A stretch of DNA of 61,332 nucleotides, the filler included, from Alphaproteobacteria bacterium (GTDB lineage: Bacteria > Pseudomonadota > Alphaproteobacteria > Caedimonadales > UBA9215): NCBI GenBank assembly GCA_024280495.1. It is 4 parts of 4 records of this genome, joined end to end, with 100 filler letters (N's around TTAATTAATTAA, not from the genome) between each part and the next. Parts side by side here need not be neighbours in the genome. Positions count along the whole stretch, not along the records: positions 16,196 to 40,331 come from JAJRPZ010000045.1; 3 more parts are not named here. The stretch is one strand, 5' to 3'. This document shows, piece after piece, positions 22,494-34,300 of the stretch (positions are counted from its first letter, which is position 1; the number at the start of each line of letters is the position of its first letter). The notes under the pieces are model-generated. The model worked only from the letters and a program-made list of their open reading frames with translations. It was not told the DNA's origin and did no database searches. The position numbers were made by a program, and so were the translations under genes.

Positions 22494-23348
22494 CTACAGG
22501 GAAGCTTTTTTCATTAATATGGACAGGATATTTCCTATGGTATGATTAAGATCTTTCCGATGAACCACCTGATCCAACATACCATGATCCAACAGGTATT
22601 CAGCTGTTTGAAAATCATCTGGGAGCTTTTGTTTAATGGTTTGCTCAATGACGCGGCGTCCAGCAAAACAAATCATAGCTTTTGGCTCTGCTATTTGAAC
22701 GTCACCCAACATGGCAAATGAGGCAGTGACGCCACCAGTTGTTGGGTTGGTCATTAATACAATATAAGGAAGCTTGCATTCTTTGAGTTTTGCAACGGCG
22801 GCTGTGACTCGGGCCATTTGCATCAAAGATAAAATGCCTTCTTGCATGCGCGCGCCACCTGATGATGGAACCACAACAAAAGCTGCATTTTTAGAACGGG
22901 CTTCATCCGCAGCTTTCACGAGCCCTTCACCAACGGCTATTCCCATGGAGCCTCCCATAAAGGCAAAGTTAAAAACGGCGCACACCGTTGAGTTTCCACC
23001 AATGTAACCATGGGCAATGACCAAAGCATCCTCATGGGAAGTTTTAGCTTGAGCATCTTTTTTACGATCCATATATTTTTTTATGTCTTTGAATTTAATG
23101 GGATCTTGGACGACTTTTGGCAAAGAAATAATGTCAAAAATACCTTTGTCAAACATTAATGCCAAACGATTCTTTGGTGAAAGACGCATATGACTATCGC
23201 ATTGCGGGCAGACATATTGATTTTTCGTTAACTCACGGTGAAATATCATTTGTTCACAAGATGGGCATTTATCCCAAAGGTTATCTGGCACATCCCGACT
23301 AACTAAGGCTTTGAGTTTGGGCTTAATGGAGTTGCGAATCCAGTTCAT
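22494..23348 (-). CDS. accD: Acetyl-CoA carboxylase carboxyltransferase beta subunit
   Basis: LWDKCPSC...CPQC zinc finger, FMGGSMG, SGGARMQEG, PTTGGVTASF. Confidence 0.98.
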   Translation of the reverse strand: MNWIRNSIKPKLKALVSRDVPDNLWDKCPSCEQMIFHRELTKNQYVCPQCDSHMRLSPKNRLALMFDKGIFDIISLPKVVQDPIKFKDIKKYMDRKKDAQAKTSHEDALVIAHGYIGGNSTVCAVFNFAFMGGSMGIAVGEGLVKAADEARSKNAAFVVVPSSGGARMQEGILSLMQMARVTAAVAKLKECKLPYIVLMTNPTTGGVTASFAMLGDVQIAEPKAMICFAGRRVIEQTIKQKLPDDFQTAEYLLDHGMLDQVVHRKDLNHTIGNILSILMKKASL

Positions 23349-23541
23349 GTGACACCTTAATCATATTAAAACAATCTTATTTGACCTTAAAAGGATGTTA
23401 CCTGCGGGTCAATTTATTTTTCCATAAAAAATGAAACTTACCCCATGGGGACTCACTGAATAATAGTGATTTTTTTCACATTCCCTATCGCCCCCTTGAA
23501 AGGCAAGGCAATTTCCCCTAAGATTCTTTAATAATATCAAG

Positions 23542-24846
23542 ATGAATATCACCCAAAAGAGACCTTTGATGACCGATGCAAAAATGACTTTCAAATCCAG
23601 CTACCTTCAAGACGTATCTGAACGTGGTTTTATTCACCAAGGAACGAACCTGGAGGCATTGGACAAAAAATTCGCGTGTGAATCGGTCACTGCTTATATC
23701 GGATTTGATGCTACTGCACCAAGTTTGCATGTGGGAAATCTCCTTCAAATCATGCAATTCAGGCGTTTACAACAACATGGACACAAACCTTTGGTTCTTA
23801 TGGGAGACGGAACAACTCTCATTGGAGACCCATCAGGAAAAGACGCCTCAAGACAACTCCTCACTCCAGAAAAAATCCAATCCAACGTAAATGGTATTAA
23901 AAAAGTTTTCTCGAAATACATTTCCTTTGGTAACGAAAAAACAGATGCTACCATGTTGCAAAATAGCCATTGGCTTTTGAATTTAAATTATCTTGAATTT
24001 TTACGGGATTATGGTCGTCATTTTTCCGTTAATCGTATGCTTTCCTTTGACAGTGTCAAATTACGCCTGGAACGAGAGCAAACCCTAAGCTTTCTTGAAT
24101 TTAATTATATGATTTTTCAAGCCTATGACTTTTTAGAATTGAATCGCCGTTATAATTGTACTCTGCAATTAGGAGGATCTGATCAATGGGGCAACATCGT
24201 TAATGGTGTTGAACTCACAAGACGCGTCGAGTCAAAAGAAGTTTTTGGTCTCACTGCTCCCCTTATAACCACAGCCGATGGCAAAAAAATGGGGAAATCC
24301 GTTGATGGTGCCATTTGGCTTAACGACGATATGCTCTCTTCATTTGAATTTTGGCAATTCTGGCGCAATACACAGGATGCCGATATTGGAAAATTCTTGC
24401 GCCTTTACACAGATCTCCCCATGGATGAAGTCAAGCGCCTCGAAAAATTACAAGGGGCCGAAATTAATGCGGCAAAAATCGTTCTGGCCAATGAGGCAAC
24501 AGAATTATGTCATGGCAAAGACGCCGTAAAACGTGCCAACGAAACGGCAAAAAACCTTTTTTCTGGAGGAGACAAAACTTCTAGTTTATCTGACCTCCCA
24601 AGTGTGACTTTATCGCCCGAGGCGCTTTTAGAAGATATCTCTCTTGCTGCTCTTTTTGTCAAAACAGGCTTAACAAAAAGTTTGGGAGAGGCACGTCGCC
24701 TTATTAAGGGAGGGGGGGCTAAAATCAATAATGTTACCATTAAGGATGAGAAAAAATTGCTTGACAAAACGGTCTTTGATACCCAAAAACATATTAAATT
24801 ATCCGCTGGTAAAAAACGTCACGCCTTCGTAAATAAGAAAAATTAA
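23542..24846 (+). CDS. tyrS: Tyrosine-tRNA ligase
   Basis: [29 protein letters not shown]-terminal S4 domain. Confidence 0.98.
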   Translation: MNITQKRPLMTDAKMTFKSSYLQDVSERGFIHQGTNLEALDKKFACESVTAYIGFDATAPSLHVGNLLQIMQFRRLQQHGHKPLVLMGDGTTLIGDPSGKDASRQLLTPEKIQSNVNGIKKVFSKYISFGNEKTDATMLQNSHWLLNLNYLEFLRDYGRHFSVNRMLSFDSVKLRLEREQTLSFLEFNYMIFQAYDFLELNRRYNCTLQLGGSDQWGNIVNGVELTRRVESKEVFGLTAPLITTADGKKMGKSVDGAIWLNDDMLSSFEFWQFWRNTQDADIGKFLRLYTDLPMDEVKRLEKLQGAEINAAKIVLANEATELCHGKDAVKRANETAKNLFSGGDKTSSLSDLPSVTLSPEALLEDISLAALFVKTGLTKSLGEARRLIKGGGAKINNVTIKDEKKLLDKTVFDTQKHIKLSAGKKRHAFVNKKN

Positions 24847-24902
24847 AAAGCTTGTAATATCATCATAAAAAGGTACTCTCCCTTTGTAATCATAGAGTTC
24901 CC

Positions 24903-25862
24903 ATGACAAACGTTCTTTTTTTAGATAAAATTAAAATTCTGACTATTGTGCTCATCGGTGGCACAGGATTTCTTGCTGTTTCCTTTCATATGAACTATGT
25001 GGAAAAGGAGTTTGCCATCGCATATCGCATGCTTTTAGGAGGGGTGTTTATTATCGCCTTCACCCTTTTTAAACGTCGCCCCTTTCCTAAAATAACATTA
25101 TCTAATGTTATGAAAATCCTAATATCAGGTCTGTTTCTTTATGCAATAAATTATCTTTTTGTTTATCAAGCTATTCTTGGATTACCCTCGGGAATTTGCA
25201 CTCTCATCACCGCAGCTATTATTATTCCCAATGCCATTTTGGGACATTTGATATTAGGGACGAAACTAAAAATAAGAACAATCCTTGGGGCGGGGATTTC
25301 TTTTATTGGCCTGGTCATTTTATTGCCAGGAGACCTATTTGACTTCGATGTTTCACAAACTGCTACTTTTAGCATTATTATAATGTTCAGCAGCCTCTTT
25401 ATTTCTTCTTTTGGTACGGTCATCACCAGTAAGTTTATGAGAGATGGTCTTGATTTCTATTGGCTTACGGGCCTTTCCGTACTCACTGGTGGTGTTTTTA
25501 ACTTCATTGTTGGCTACTTAATTCATGATTCCATTTCCTGGAGCATGGAACCAGGACATTTTCTTGTCTGGGGGTACATGGCTTTTTTTGCAACGGCAGT
25601 TACTTTTATTTTATACATGCAAATTGTAAATAAATTTGGTGCTGGAAATGCTTCCTATATTTGGATTATAGCCCCTGCCATTGCTCTTAATCTCTCAGTA
25701 GTTTTTGAAGGTATGGAGTGGACACCAGATCGTATAATAGGATCCATAATCATTTTACTTGGTAGTCTTACTTCCCTTAAAAAAAAACCGTCAAAAAAAA
25801 CTTTTGATCTCAAAAACACCCAAAAAGTAACATATAGTCGCTCCAAAAAGGTTCCAGTCTAG
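24903..25862 (+). CDS. DMT/EamA family transporter
   Basis: About 10 TM helices in two EamA-like repeats; the last 9 residues are repeat-derived. Confidence 0.85.
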   Translation: MTNVLFLDKIKILTIVLIGGTGFLAVSFHMNYVEKEFAIAYRMLLGGVFIIAFTLFKRRPFPKITLSNVMKILISGLFLYAINYLFVYQAILGLPSGICTLITAAIIIPNAILGHLILGTKLKIRTILGAGISFIGLVILLPGDLFDFDVSQTATFSIIIMFSSLFISSFGTVITSKFMRDGLDFYWLTGLSVLTGGVFNFIVGYLIHDSISWSMEPGHFLVWGYMAFFATAVTFILYMQIVNKFGAGNASYIWIIAPAIALNLSVVFEGMEWTPDRIIGSIIILLGSLTSLKKKPSKKTFDLKNTQKVTYSRSKKVPV

Positions 25863-25910
25863 GAGCGAGTGACCAATGCCTATAGCTAATTACTTTTACG
25901 TTTACACTTT
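25833..25910 (+). repeat. Family A left half followed by an inverted family B end
   Basis: tatagtcgctccaaaaaggttccagtctaggagcgagtgaccaatgcctata matches 22016-22067; then tatagctaattacttttacgtttacacttt matches the reverse complement of 36437-36466. Confidence 0.88.
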
Positions 25911-26996
25911 ATGTCTGTTCATTTCAGCAAGCCTTGAAAGGGTGCGCTTAAATAATAAAGCCTCTTTTTGACCTCGATAGAGATCTTCAAGGGGTACCGC
26001 TGCTGTCATAATAAGTCTTTTTTCTTTATGGTAAAGAATATCTACCAACCCTATAAAGCGTTTTACTTTATCTAGATTTTCATCATTTAATTGCGGCACA
26101 GAGGAAATATAAAGAGCCTCCATATGATCCGTAAGCTCCAGGTAATCCACGGACCCCAGATTCTGACCGCATATTTCTTGAAAGGATATCAGAACAAGTG
26201 ACCCTGCTATACACTCAAGTACCCACTGGCGCCCTTTGATGATGAGAGTTTTTGAAAAAATTGGGGCATGACCCCGATCAATATCAAAACGTTTTTTCAA
26301 AAGAATACACGCCTCTTCAGGCTTAGCAATAATATAGTTTAAATCACATCCGTTCATAAATTGACGATAGTCTTTTTCACCGCCTAAATGACAAATCTCA
26401 AGGTTAGTGCTGAGTTGCCTCAAAAAAGGAACGATAAGACAACGTTGATACCCATTTTCATATAAATCCAAGGGGTGATAGTTGGATGTCGCAACAACGA
26501 CAACCTTTTCTTTCCATAAAAAATGCATTAAGCGCTTCAAAAGCATAGCATCGGTGATGTCTTTGAAATGAAACTCATCAAAGCAAATGAGTTCTGCTTT
26601 TTGGCGTAATCTCTTTGCTAATATTTCTAAAGGGTGCTTTGACGGTTTTTTATTTCCATGAAAAACTTTATAGCCATTCAATTCACTATGTATCATTTGC
26701 ATAAATTCATGGAAATGATAGCGTTTCTTCTTCTGAATTTTGACTTGGTTATAAAATAAATCCATGAGCATGCTTTTACCACGCCCAACATCGCCATAAA
26801 TATAAATCCCTTTTAATATTTGGTGGTCAAAAAAAACGTCAAATATCTTTGGAACAAATTTTCGCACCATACATTTTTTTTTCCTTTCCAAATCTTTTTG
26901 TAAAAGCGTCAGGGTTTCAACCACGCGCAGCTGATCGGAAGTCTGCTGAAGGTTATGTGTTTTACAAAAATTTTCATAGGCAATTAAAAGAGTCAT
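25902..26996 (-). CDS. zapE: ZapE/AFG1 family ATPase
   Basis: GIYIYGDVGRGKSMLMDLFY, HFHEFM, CFDEF, ATSN, RTLSRL.EM. Confidence 0.93.
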   Translation of the reverse strand: MTLLIAYENFCKTHNLQQTSDQLRVVETLTLLQKDLERKKKCMVRKFVPKIFDVFFDHQILKGIYIYGDVGRGKSMLMDLFYNQVKIQKKKRYHFHEFMQMIHSELNGYKVFHGNKKPSKHPLEILAKRLRQKAELICFDEFHFKDITDAMLLKRLMHFLWKEKVVVVATSNYHPLDLYENGYQRCLIVPFLRQLSTNLEICHLGGEKDYRQFMNGCDLNYIIAKPEEACILLKKRFDIDRGHAPIFSKTLIIKGRQWVLECIAGSLVLISFQEICGQNLGSVDYLELTDHMEALYISSVPQLNDENLDKVKRFIGLVDILYHKEKRLIMTAAVPLEDLYRGQKEALLFKRTLSRLAEMNRHKV

Positions 26997-27094
26997 AAAT
27001 TTATTTTACCACAAGGTACTGCAATATAAGAGAGCCTAAAACAGTGCAGCCCTAAAAATGGTCAGCTAGAATGAAGCTAAAATAGATTTAAACC

Positions 27095-28183
27095 TTGTTA
27101 CAACGGAGCAATTTACTGTATATCTACTGCAAACACTCTATTAACCCTGGCATATTAAAATTTACAATGATAAGCAAAAACATATCAGTCAAACCCCTTT
27201 ATTTTGCTGCCATTGATCTTGGCAGTCGCAATTGTCGATTGTTATTGGTAAAAAAAACAGAGTGCGGTACAGAAACCCTTGAAGCAACATCTAGATTTGT
27301 ATGTTTAGCTGAAAATATTACGCGCACAAAAAAGCTTTCTTTCGAAGCCATGGAGCGTGCCATTGATGCCCTAGCAAGTTTTCAAAAAAAAATAAAACAC
27401 TATCCAAATCTGACAACTCTCGCCGTAACAACGGCAGCCTCACGAATAGCAGAAAATAGTCAGCTTTTTCGAACGCGTGTCAAAGAAGAACTCGCCTTGG
27501 ATCTTCATGTCATCTCCAGCAAAGAAGAAGCGTATTTTGCAACCCTTGGATGTGCGGAACTTATGGATTCCAATAAGAAATTTGCCCTTATCTTCGATAT
27601 TGGAGGAGGCAGCACCGAAGTTATTTTCGCAGACACGACAATACCTGGTTTTCCAAAACCCATCGATTCTATCTCCATGGAAAAAGGGGTTGTGTCCCTT
27701 GCTGAAGACCTTGAATATTTCACCTTTAAAAAATATTCGGATACCATTAATAGCGTCCATAAACAAACCCTTGATTTCATTGATAAGCATAATATTCAAC
27801 AATTGATAGATGAAGATAAAATACAACTTATCGGTACTTCAGGGACGACCACTACCATTTCAGCCCTCCATCAAAACCTCAAATTTTATGACCGAACAAA
27901 AATAGATGGGAGCATCATGACCCCCGATAATATTGATCGCGTTATTAAACAGATTCAACTCATGAGTACGGAAGAACGTCTCTTGCACCCTTGTATTGGC
28001 CAATCCCGTGACGACCTAATTTTAGGGGGACTTGCTATTTTTGAAGGCATTTACAAAACCTTTCCTAACATGAACGTCATGGCAACGGATCGCGGTGTTA
28101 GAGATGGTATAGTCCACGCTCTTTCCAATCCTGATCATTTTCAAAAAACAAATAAGGCTACAGAGAAAGAGGGGACTATATGA
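27095..28183 (+). CDS. ppx: Ppx/GppA family phosphatase
   Basis: AAIDLGSRNCRLL, FDIGGGSTE, GTSGT, DRGVRDG; real start probably the ATG near 27167. Confidence 0.9.
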   Translation: MLQRSNLLYIYCKHSINPGILKFTMISKNISVKPLYFAAIDLGSRNCRLLLVKKTECGTETLEATSRFVCLAENITRTKKLSFEAMERAIDALASFQKKIKHYPNLTTLAVTTAASRIAENSQLFRTRVKEELALDLHVISSKEEAYFATLGCAELMDSNKKFALIFDIGGGSTEVIFADTTIPGFPKPIDSISMEKGVVSLAEDLEYFTFKKYSDTINSVHKQTLDFIDKHNIQQLIDEDKIQLIGTSGTTTTISALHQNLKFYDRTKIDGSIMTPDNIDRVIKQIQLMSTEERLLHPCIGQSRDDLILGGLAIFEGIYKTFPNMNVMATDRGVRDGIVHALSNPDHFQKTNKATEKEGTI

Positions 28184-28935
28184 TTACTCGCCATATCACA
28201 AAGCGCCCATCAAAAGATGACAAAGGTAAAAAAGGGACACCTGACTCCCTAAACCCTAGCCACAGTGGTTTTCGCAAAAAAAGCATACAACTCAAAACGG
28301 CACGGGGACGCAAAAAATCTTCCCAACGTTGGCTGCAACGACAATTAAATGATCCCTATGTCCAAGAGGCTCAAACCAGGGGATATAGATCTCGTGCGGC
28401 CTTTAAACTTCTTGAAATCAATGATCGTTTTGACCTCATTCACCCCAACACGATAATCGTAGATTTAGGGGCGGCCCCTGGGGGATGGTCTCAAATCGCA
28501 GCTCAAATCATGAAGGACAAAAAAGGGAAAGGGCATGTCTTTGCCTTGGATATGCTCGAAATGGATGCCCTTGAAGGGGTAACATTCGTACAGGGTGATT
28601 TTTTAGAAAAAGAAAATAAAGAAAAACTGCGTGCTCTTTTGCCTGGCCCTGTGGATCTTGTCATCAGTGATATGGCCGCCCTCACAACTGGGCACTCTGG
28701 TACAGACCACGTACGGACCACCATTTTGGGAGAAACGGCATTTGCCTTTGCCAAAGAAGAACTGAAATCAGGCGGACACTTTGTTGCTAAGGTTTTTGCT
28801 GGCGGCACCCATAAGGAATTGCTAGATCTTTTAAAGCTCCATTTCGAAACGGTCAAACACTTTAAACCTCCCGCCAGCCGCAAAGAATCTCCAGAAACTT
28901 ACGTGATATGTCTTGGTTACAGGAAAAAAAATTGA
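28180..28935 (+). CDS. rlmE: 23S rRNA Um2552 methyltransferase
   Basis: RWLQRQLNDPYV, YRSRAAFKL, DLGAAPGGWSQ, KPPASR.ES.E.Y. Confidence 0.97.
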   Translation: MITRHITKRPSKDDKGKKGTPDSLNPSHSGFRKKSIQLKTARGRKKSSQRWLQRQLNDPYVQEAQTRGYRSRAAFKLLEINDRFDLIHPNTIIVDLGAAPGGWSQIAAQIMKDKKGKGHVFALDMLEMDALEGVTFVQGDFLEKENKEKLRALLPGPVDLVISDMAALTTGHSGTDHVRTTILGETAFAFAKEELKSGGHFVAKVFAGGTHKELLDLLKLHFETVKHFKPPASRKESPETYVICLGYRKKN

Positions 28936-28938
28936 GAT

Positions 28939-30246
28939 ATGCATTACAACGCCCAAGTTCAAAAATCCATTGAAATACTAGATAGTTTCGACCCAACCAA
29001 AGGTCCCCTTTCTCCTCATATTAAGGGTGTCCTTAAACCCATGGAGTTTGCGGGTTCCAAAGATCGCCGTGCCATTACGGACCTCGTCTATGCTGTGATT
29101 AGACACACGCCTTTTCTTTTAAATGTCCTGAACAACTCAAATGAAAATAAGTACCCTTGGGAGAGAAACAAAGGGCGCCAATTAATGCTGGCTTATTTTT
29201 CTTTAAACCATATTAATCTTGAGACTATTTTCAACGGAGACCTCCACGCCCCCACACGTCTTTCAGAATTAGAGAAGAAATTTCTTTTAGAAAGCCATAA
29301 GGTTTTCAAGGAACTGGCCCACACGGAGGTTGCCAAAACATGCCTGCCGCAATGGCTTTTGGATATCCTCAAGAAATCTTCTGAATTGCCCGACCTCATT
29401 GCCCTTAATAAAGGAGCACCCGTTGACATCAGATGTACTTTCGACCCAAAAAAGTTGCGCAAAAAGTTGCGCGATGAAGGCATCGAATCCATGACCACTT
29501 CTTATGCAAAAAAATGCCTCCGTCTTTCAACAAATCAAAGTCTACAAAATCATCCTTTATTCAAAATGAGACATTTTGATATTCAAGATGAAAGTTCTCA
29601 AATTCTAGCGACCCTTTGCGATCCCAAACCTGGTATGCGCATTTTAGACCTTTGTTCTGGTGCTGGCGGCAAATCTTTAGCCCTCGCGAACATATGTCCA
29701 ACGTCCTATATCACTGCAACGGATATCAATGAAAAGCGTCTTGAAATTGCAAGAAAACGTGTCAAGGATCAACAGGTAACAAATATTGACTTTATTTCCT
29801 ATGGTAGGCTTCATGATCAACAGCATCAAGAATCATATGACCTTGTTTTGGTGGATGCACCTTGTTCTGGGAGTGGAACCCTCAGGCGCCATCCAGAATT
29901 AAAATGCCTTCTCACACCCAAAATAATTACCGATTATCATCATATACAAAAAAGCATTCTTTACAAAGCAGCTGCCTATGTAAAGCCTTCTGGTTTCTTA
30001 ATGTACGCCACATGCTCCTTAATTCCAGAAGAAAATGAAGCTCATATAGTACCTTTTATAGCAAAATATCCTAATTTTTCACTAGTGAACTTGAGCCCTA
30101 TATGTGATAAGCTTTTAAATAAAAACCCCTTTGACGCTTTCCATGGGAATGACGCATCACCCAAGGAATCATTCCTTTATTTAAGGCCAGGACAGCATGA
30201 AACAGACGGATTTTTCACAGCCCTCTTTCAAAAAAAACCTCTTTAA
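28939..30246 (+). CDS. RsmB/NOP family RNA m5C methyltransferase
   Basis: IQDESSQ, LDLCSGAGGKS, VDAPCSGSG, YATCS. Confidence 0.92.
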   Translation: MHYNAQVQKSIEILDSFDPTKGPLSPHIKGVLKPMEFAGSKDRRAITDLVYAVIRHTPFLLNVLNNSNENKYPWERNKGRQLMLAYFSLNHINLETIFNGDLHAPTRLSELEKKFLLESHKVFKELAHTEVAKTCLPQWLLDILKKSSELPDLIALNKGAPVDIRCTFDPKKLRKKLRDEGIESMTTSYAKKCLRLSTNQSLQNHPLFKMRHFDIQDESSQILATLCDPKPGMRILDLCSGAGGKSLALANICPTSYITATDINEKRLEIARKRVKDQQVTNIDFISYGRLHDQQHQESYDLVLVDAPCSGSGTLRRHPELKCLLTPKIITDYHHIQKSILYKAAAYVKPSGFLMYATCSLIPEENEAHIVPFIAKYPNFSLVNLSPICDKLLNKNPFDAFHGNDASPKESFLYLRPGQHETDGFFTALFQKKPL

Positions 30247-31381
30247 AATCAAAAAGAAGGTGGAACAAAAATGGGGTCCTCTTACTTTAAAAAATTCGAG
30301 ATTCATCTTTTTTTTCGTTACCTTTATTTTAATTATTTGGTTTACTTTAGGAACAGTCTTTCAAGATACAATCCCTCATAAGAAAGGCAAAAATATATCC
30401 CCTGTTCGCGTACGTGTTTTAAAGTCAGAGGCCATTGAAAAAACCACTTATTACACCCTACAAGGCACCTTGAATGCCCTTAATAAAGTAACTCTCCGTG
30501 CGGAAACTGCGGGCACTGTCATAGGTATTATAAATCCGAAAGGAGAACATCTATCGCGAAATGAAACAATTTTAAAACTATCCATTGATTCACGCTTTTC
30601 AAAACTTAAAGAAGCACAAGCCCTTGTATCACAACGAGAACTTGAATATAAAAATGCTAAAAAATTATCCTCAAAAAAATTCCGTTCTAAAACAGATGTG
30701 GCAAGTGCTAAGTCAAAATTAGAAGGCGCTCAAGCAGTTCTCGAACAAATTCAAGTGGAAATCAAAGATACTGAAATTCAAGCTCCCTTTGATGGCCAGG
30801 TAGATAAACGCTATGTTGAACTTGGCGATTACGTTAAAATTGGCGACCCTCTCGTGGATTATGTAGATCTTGACGTACTTTTAGGGGTAGTACATGTGGC
30901 TGAAAAAGATATACGTCTCATTAAAATCAATGCCCTCTGTCAAATTGATTGCAATGGGGTAAATCGTACTGGGAAAGTAACTTTCATAAGCTCTATTGCC
31001 GACCCTCAAACAAGAACTTATCAAGTTGAATTTACCATTAATAATAAAGATCATAAAATCCCAGATGGTATTACTGCTGCCGTTAAAATCCCCATTGAAA
31101 CATCAATGGCACACCTTTTTTCACCAGCAGCCATTGCCATGAATGATCAGGGGATACCTGGCATTAAAACCGTTGACGATGACAACAAAGTACTTTTCCA
31201 TAAAATCAACATCCTAAACCACGATGCCACTGGCATTTGGGTGCGTGATCTTCCAAACAAGATCCGTATCATTACCGTTGGACAGTTTTTTGTAAGAACT
31301 GGCGACACTGTAACCCCCATTGATATCAAGTTAAAGAATAAGAACCAGGATAAGAATGTCACTGATACAAGCAGCCATTGA
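30197..31381 (+). CDS. RND efflux periplasmic adaptor subunit
   Basis: N-terminal TM, lipoyl/hairpin motifs (IQAPFDG, ADPQTRTY), upstream of an RND permease; start uncertain. Confidence 0.9.
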   Translation: MKQTDFSQPSFKKNLFKIKKKVEQKWGPLTLKNSRFIFFFVTFILIIWFTLGTVFQDTIPHKKGKNISPVRVRVLKSEAIEKTTYYTLQGTLNALNKVTLRAETAGTVIGIINPKGEHLSRNETILKLSIDSRFSKLKEAQALVSQRELEYKNAKKLSSKKFRSKTDVASAKSKLEGAQAVLEQIQVEIKDTEIQAPFDGQVDKRYVELGDYVKIGDPLVDYVDLDVLLGVVHVAEKDIRLIKINALCQIDCNGVNRTGKVTFISSIADPQTRTYQVEFTINNKDHKIPDGITAAVKIPIETSMAHLFSPAAIAMNDQGIPGIKTVDDDNKVLFHKINILNHDATGIWVRDLPNKIRIITVGQFFVRTGDTVTPIDIKLKNKNQDKNVTDTSSH

Positions 31382-34300
31382 TCGTTCCAGAACGGTTATT
31401 TTTACACTTTTTTTTATTCTCATCTCGGGGATCATTACCTACATAAGCATTCCTAAAGAATCCGCCCCTGACGTTAAAATCCCCATTATCAACATTACTT
31501 ATAATCACGAGGGAATCTCCCCCGAAGATGGTGAACGCCTTATTATCCGTGTGATAGAAGAAAAAGTACGCTCCATTGAGGGCGTTAAAGAAGTCCGTGC
31601 CAGCGCTCGGCAAAACACAGGAAGTGTCACTCTAGAATTTACCGCAGGTTTTGACTCTAAAAAAGCCCTTGATGATGTACGTGAAAAAGTAAACGAGGTA
31701 AAGTCTGATTTACCTGATGACACCGAGGATCCCCTTGTCAAAGAAGTCAGTTTTAGCCAATTTCCTGTTCTAGTGGTGCACCTTGCAGGTACCCTTCCCC
31801 AACGGGCGCTCTATCGCATTGCAAAAAATTTAAGCGATACCATCGAACAAAACGTCCCCAGTGTTCTAGAAGCCCGTGTTGTGGGTGACCGTGAGGAAGT
31901 CGTGGAAATCATTGTAAACCCTGGTAAAATAGAAAAATATGATATTGTTTTTCGTGATATGGTAACGCTCTTTCGTAATAATAACTCCCTTGTCTCTGCT
32001 GGTGTTCTTGATAATGGAAAAGGTCGTTTTTCCATCAAAATAAATGGCCTCATGACAAATATCACTGATATGTTAAACAATCCCGTTGCCGTCATTGACG
32101 ACCGCATTATTCGATTTAAAGATCTAGCGAAAATCAGGCGCACCTTTAAGGATGCAACGGGCTACGCCAGGCTTAATGGTAAAAATTCCGTTGCCATCGA
32201 AGTGTCGAAGCGAACGGGCGAAAATATCATTAAAACCATTGAACGTGTTCAATCCCTTGTTGATGAAGAAAAAGAATTCTGGCCAGAAAATCTCATCGTA
32301 GATTACTCCCAAGACGAATCCACAAAGATACGTAATATGCTAGGTGACCTTGAAAACAACGTTATTGCAGCAGTGCTTCTCGTTATGCTCGTGATTATTG
32401 TGTCTCTTGGGTGGCGCTCTGCTGTTCTTGTGGGTATCGCCGTTCCTGGATCTTTCCTCATGGGGATTCTTTTTATTGCCATGCAAGGCTATACAGTGAA
32501 TATCGTCGTACTGTTTGCCTTGATTTTATCGGTGGGAATGTTGGTGGACGGCGCCATCATTGTTGCTGAATATGCAGATCAACAAATGCAAAAAGGTATC
32601 ACGCCAAAAAATGCCTATATAGAAGCAGCGAAGCGCATGACTTGGCCCGTCATTTCTTCTATTGCCACCATCATAGTGGCATTTATGCCTCTTTTATTCT
32701 GGCCTGGCATTGTTGGTCAATTCATGAAATTTATGCCCATTACATTGATCGCAACCCTAACGGGGTCTATCCTCATGGCCCTCGTATTCATGCCAACTTT
32801 AGGGGCTTTTTTCGGCCGTGCCCCCCTAAGAAATAAAAACAGAAAAAAGCCAGCCTATCTTATTTTATACGAAAGAATTCTGCGTAAATCTCTGGATGCT
32901 CCTGGAAAAACCATTGGCATTATTATGTCATTCGTTGTCGGTATTCTTTTTCTTTATGGTGCCTTTAACCATGGAACTGAATTTTTCCCTGATGTTGAAC
33001 CCGATAACGCAGCCATTCACGTGCGTGCCCGTGGTAATCTTTCTGTTCAGGAAAAAAATGAACTGGTCCGTGAAGTCGAGTCTCGTATTTTAGGCATGGC
33101 TGAGTTTAAAAATATTTATACCAACACAGATGTTGGTAGCAATAGTAGTAAGGGTGCAACCCCCCCACCCGATGATACCATCGGCATCATTACCCTTGAA
33201 TTTGAAGATTGGGAAAAACGCCGCAAGGCCGATATTATTCTCCAAGATGTTTATAATCGCACCAGCGATATTCCTGGTATTATTGTGCAAATTGATAAAA
33301 AGAAAGCAGGACCTCCCACAGGAAAACCCCTTCACCTTGAATTTTCTTCTCGCAATATCAATGCCTTGATTCCCGTTGTCTCCTCGGTCAGAAAGTACAT
33401 TGATACGGTTAAAGGGCTACACTCCATTGAGGACACCCGCCCTGTCCCTGGGTTCGAATGGTATATAAAAGTAGACCGTGAAAAAGCAGTGCTTTTTGGC
33501 ACTACTATTTCAGAAATTGGTCAAGGGGTGCGCCTCATTTCCAATGGCATTAGATTAGACACATTTAGTCCAGATGATAGCCGTGATGAAATTGATATAC
33601 TGTTACGTTTTCCAGAACAGTATCGAAATTTAAAACAGCTGGAACTTTTGAATATCAGATCTAAACGCGGCATCGTTCCCGTTTCTTCTTTCACTGATCA
33701 AGGTTTCAGACCTAAATTAGACGTGATTAAAAGGGTCGATGGCAAACGCGTTTACCAGATAACGTCAGAGCTTAACAAAGGCGTTTTAGGTCCTCAAAAA
33801 GTTGATGAAGTTTCTGCATGGCTCCAAGATAACCCCCAAGATCCAGCGGTAAAAATCAAGTTTAAAGGAGAAGATACTGACACCAAAGAAACCAGTGCAT
33901 TTTTGGGCAAAGCTTTCCTTATTGCAATTTTTATGATCATGCTTATTTTAGTGACACAATTTAATAGTTTTTTCTCTGCGGGACTTGTTTTGAGTGCAGT
34001 CTTACTTTCCACCATTGGTGTTTTTGCGGGGCTTCTTATTGTGGGACGTCCATTTGGTATTGTGATGGGAGGTATTGGCGTTATTGCCCTTGGCGGTATT
34101 ATTGTGAGTAATAATATCATATTCATTGATACTTTTGATCAACTTAAAAAGACCTCAAAAGATATTAAAAAAAGCATCCTTGAAACAGGGCTTACCCGCA
34201 TTCGTCCTGTTTTGTTGACGCAAATAACAACGGTTTTAGGCCTAGTCCCCATGGCCCTCAAACTTAATATTGATTTTTTTAACGGCATCATTTCCCATGA

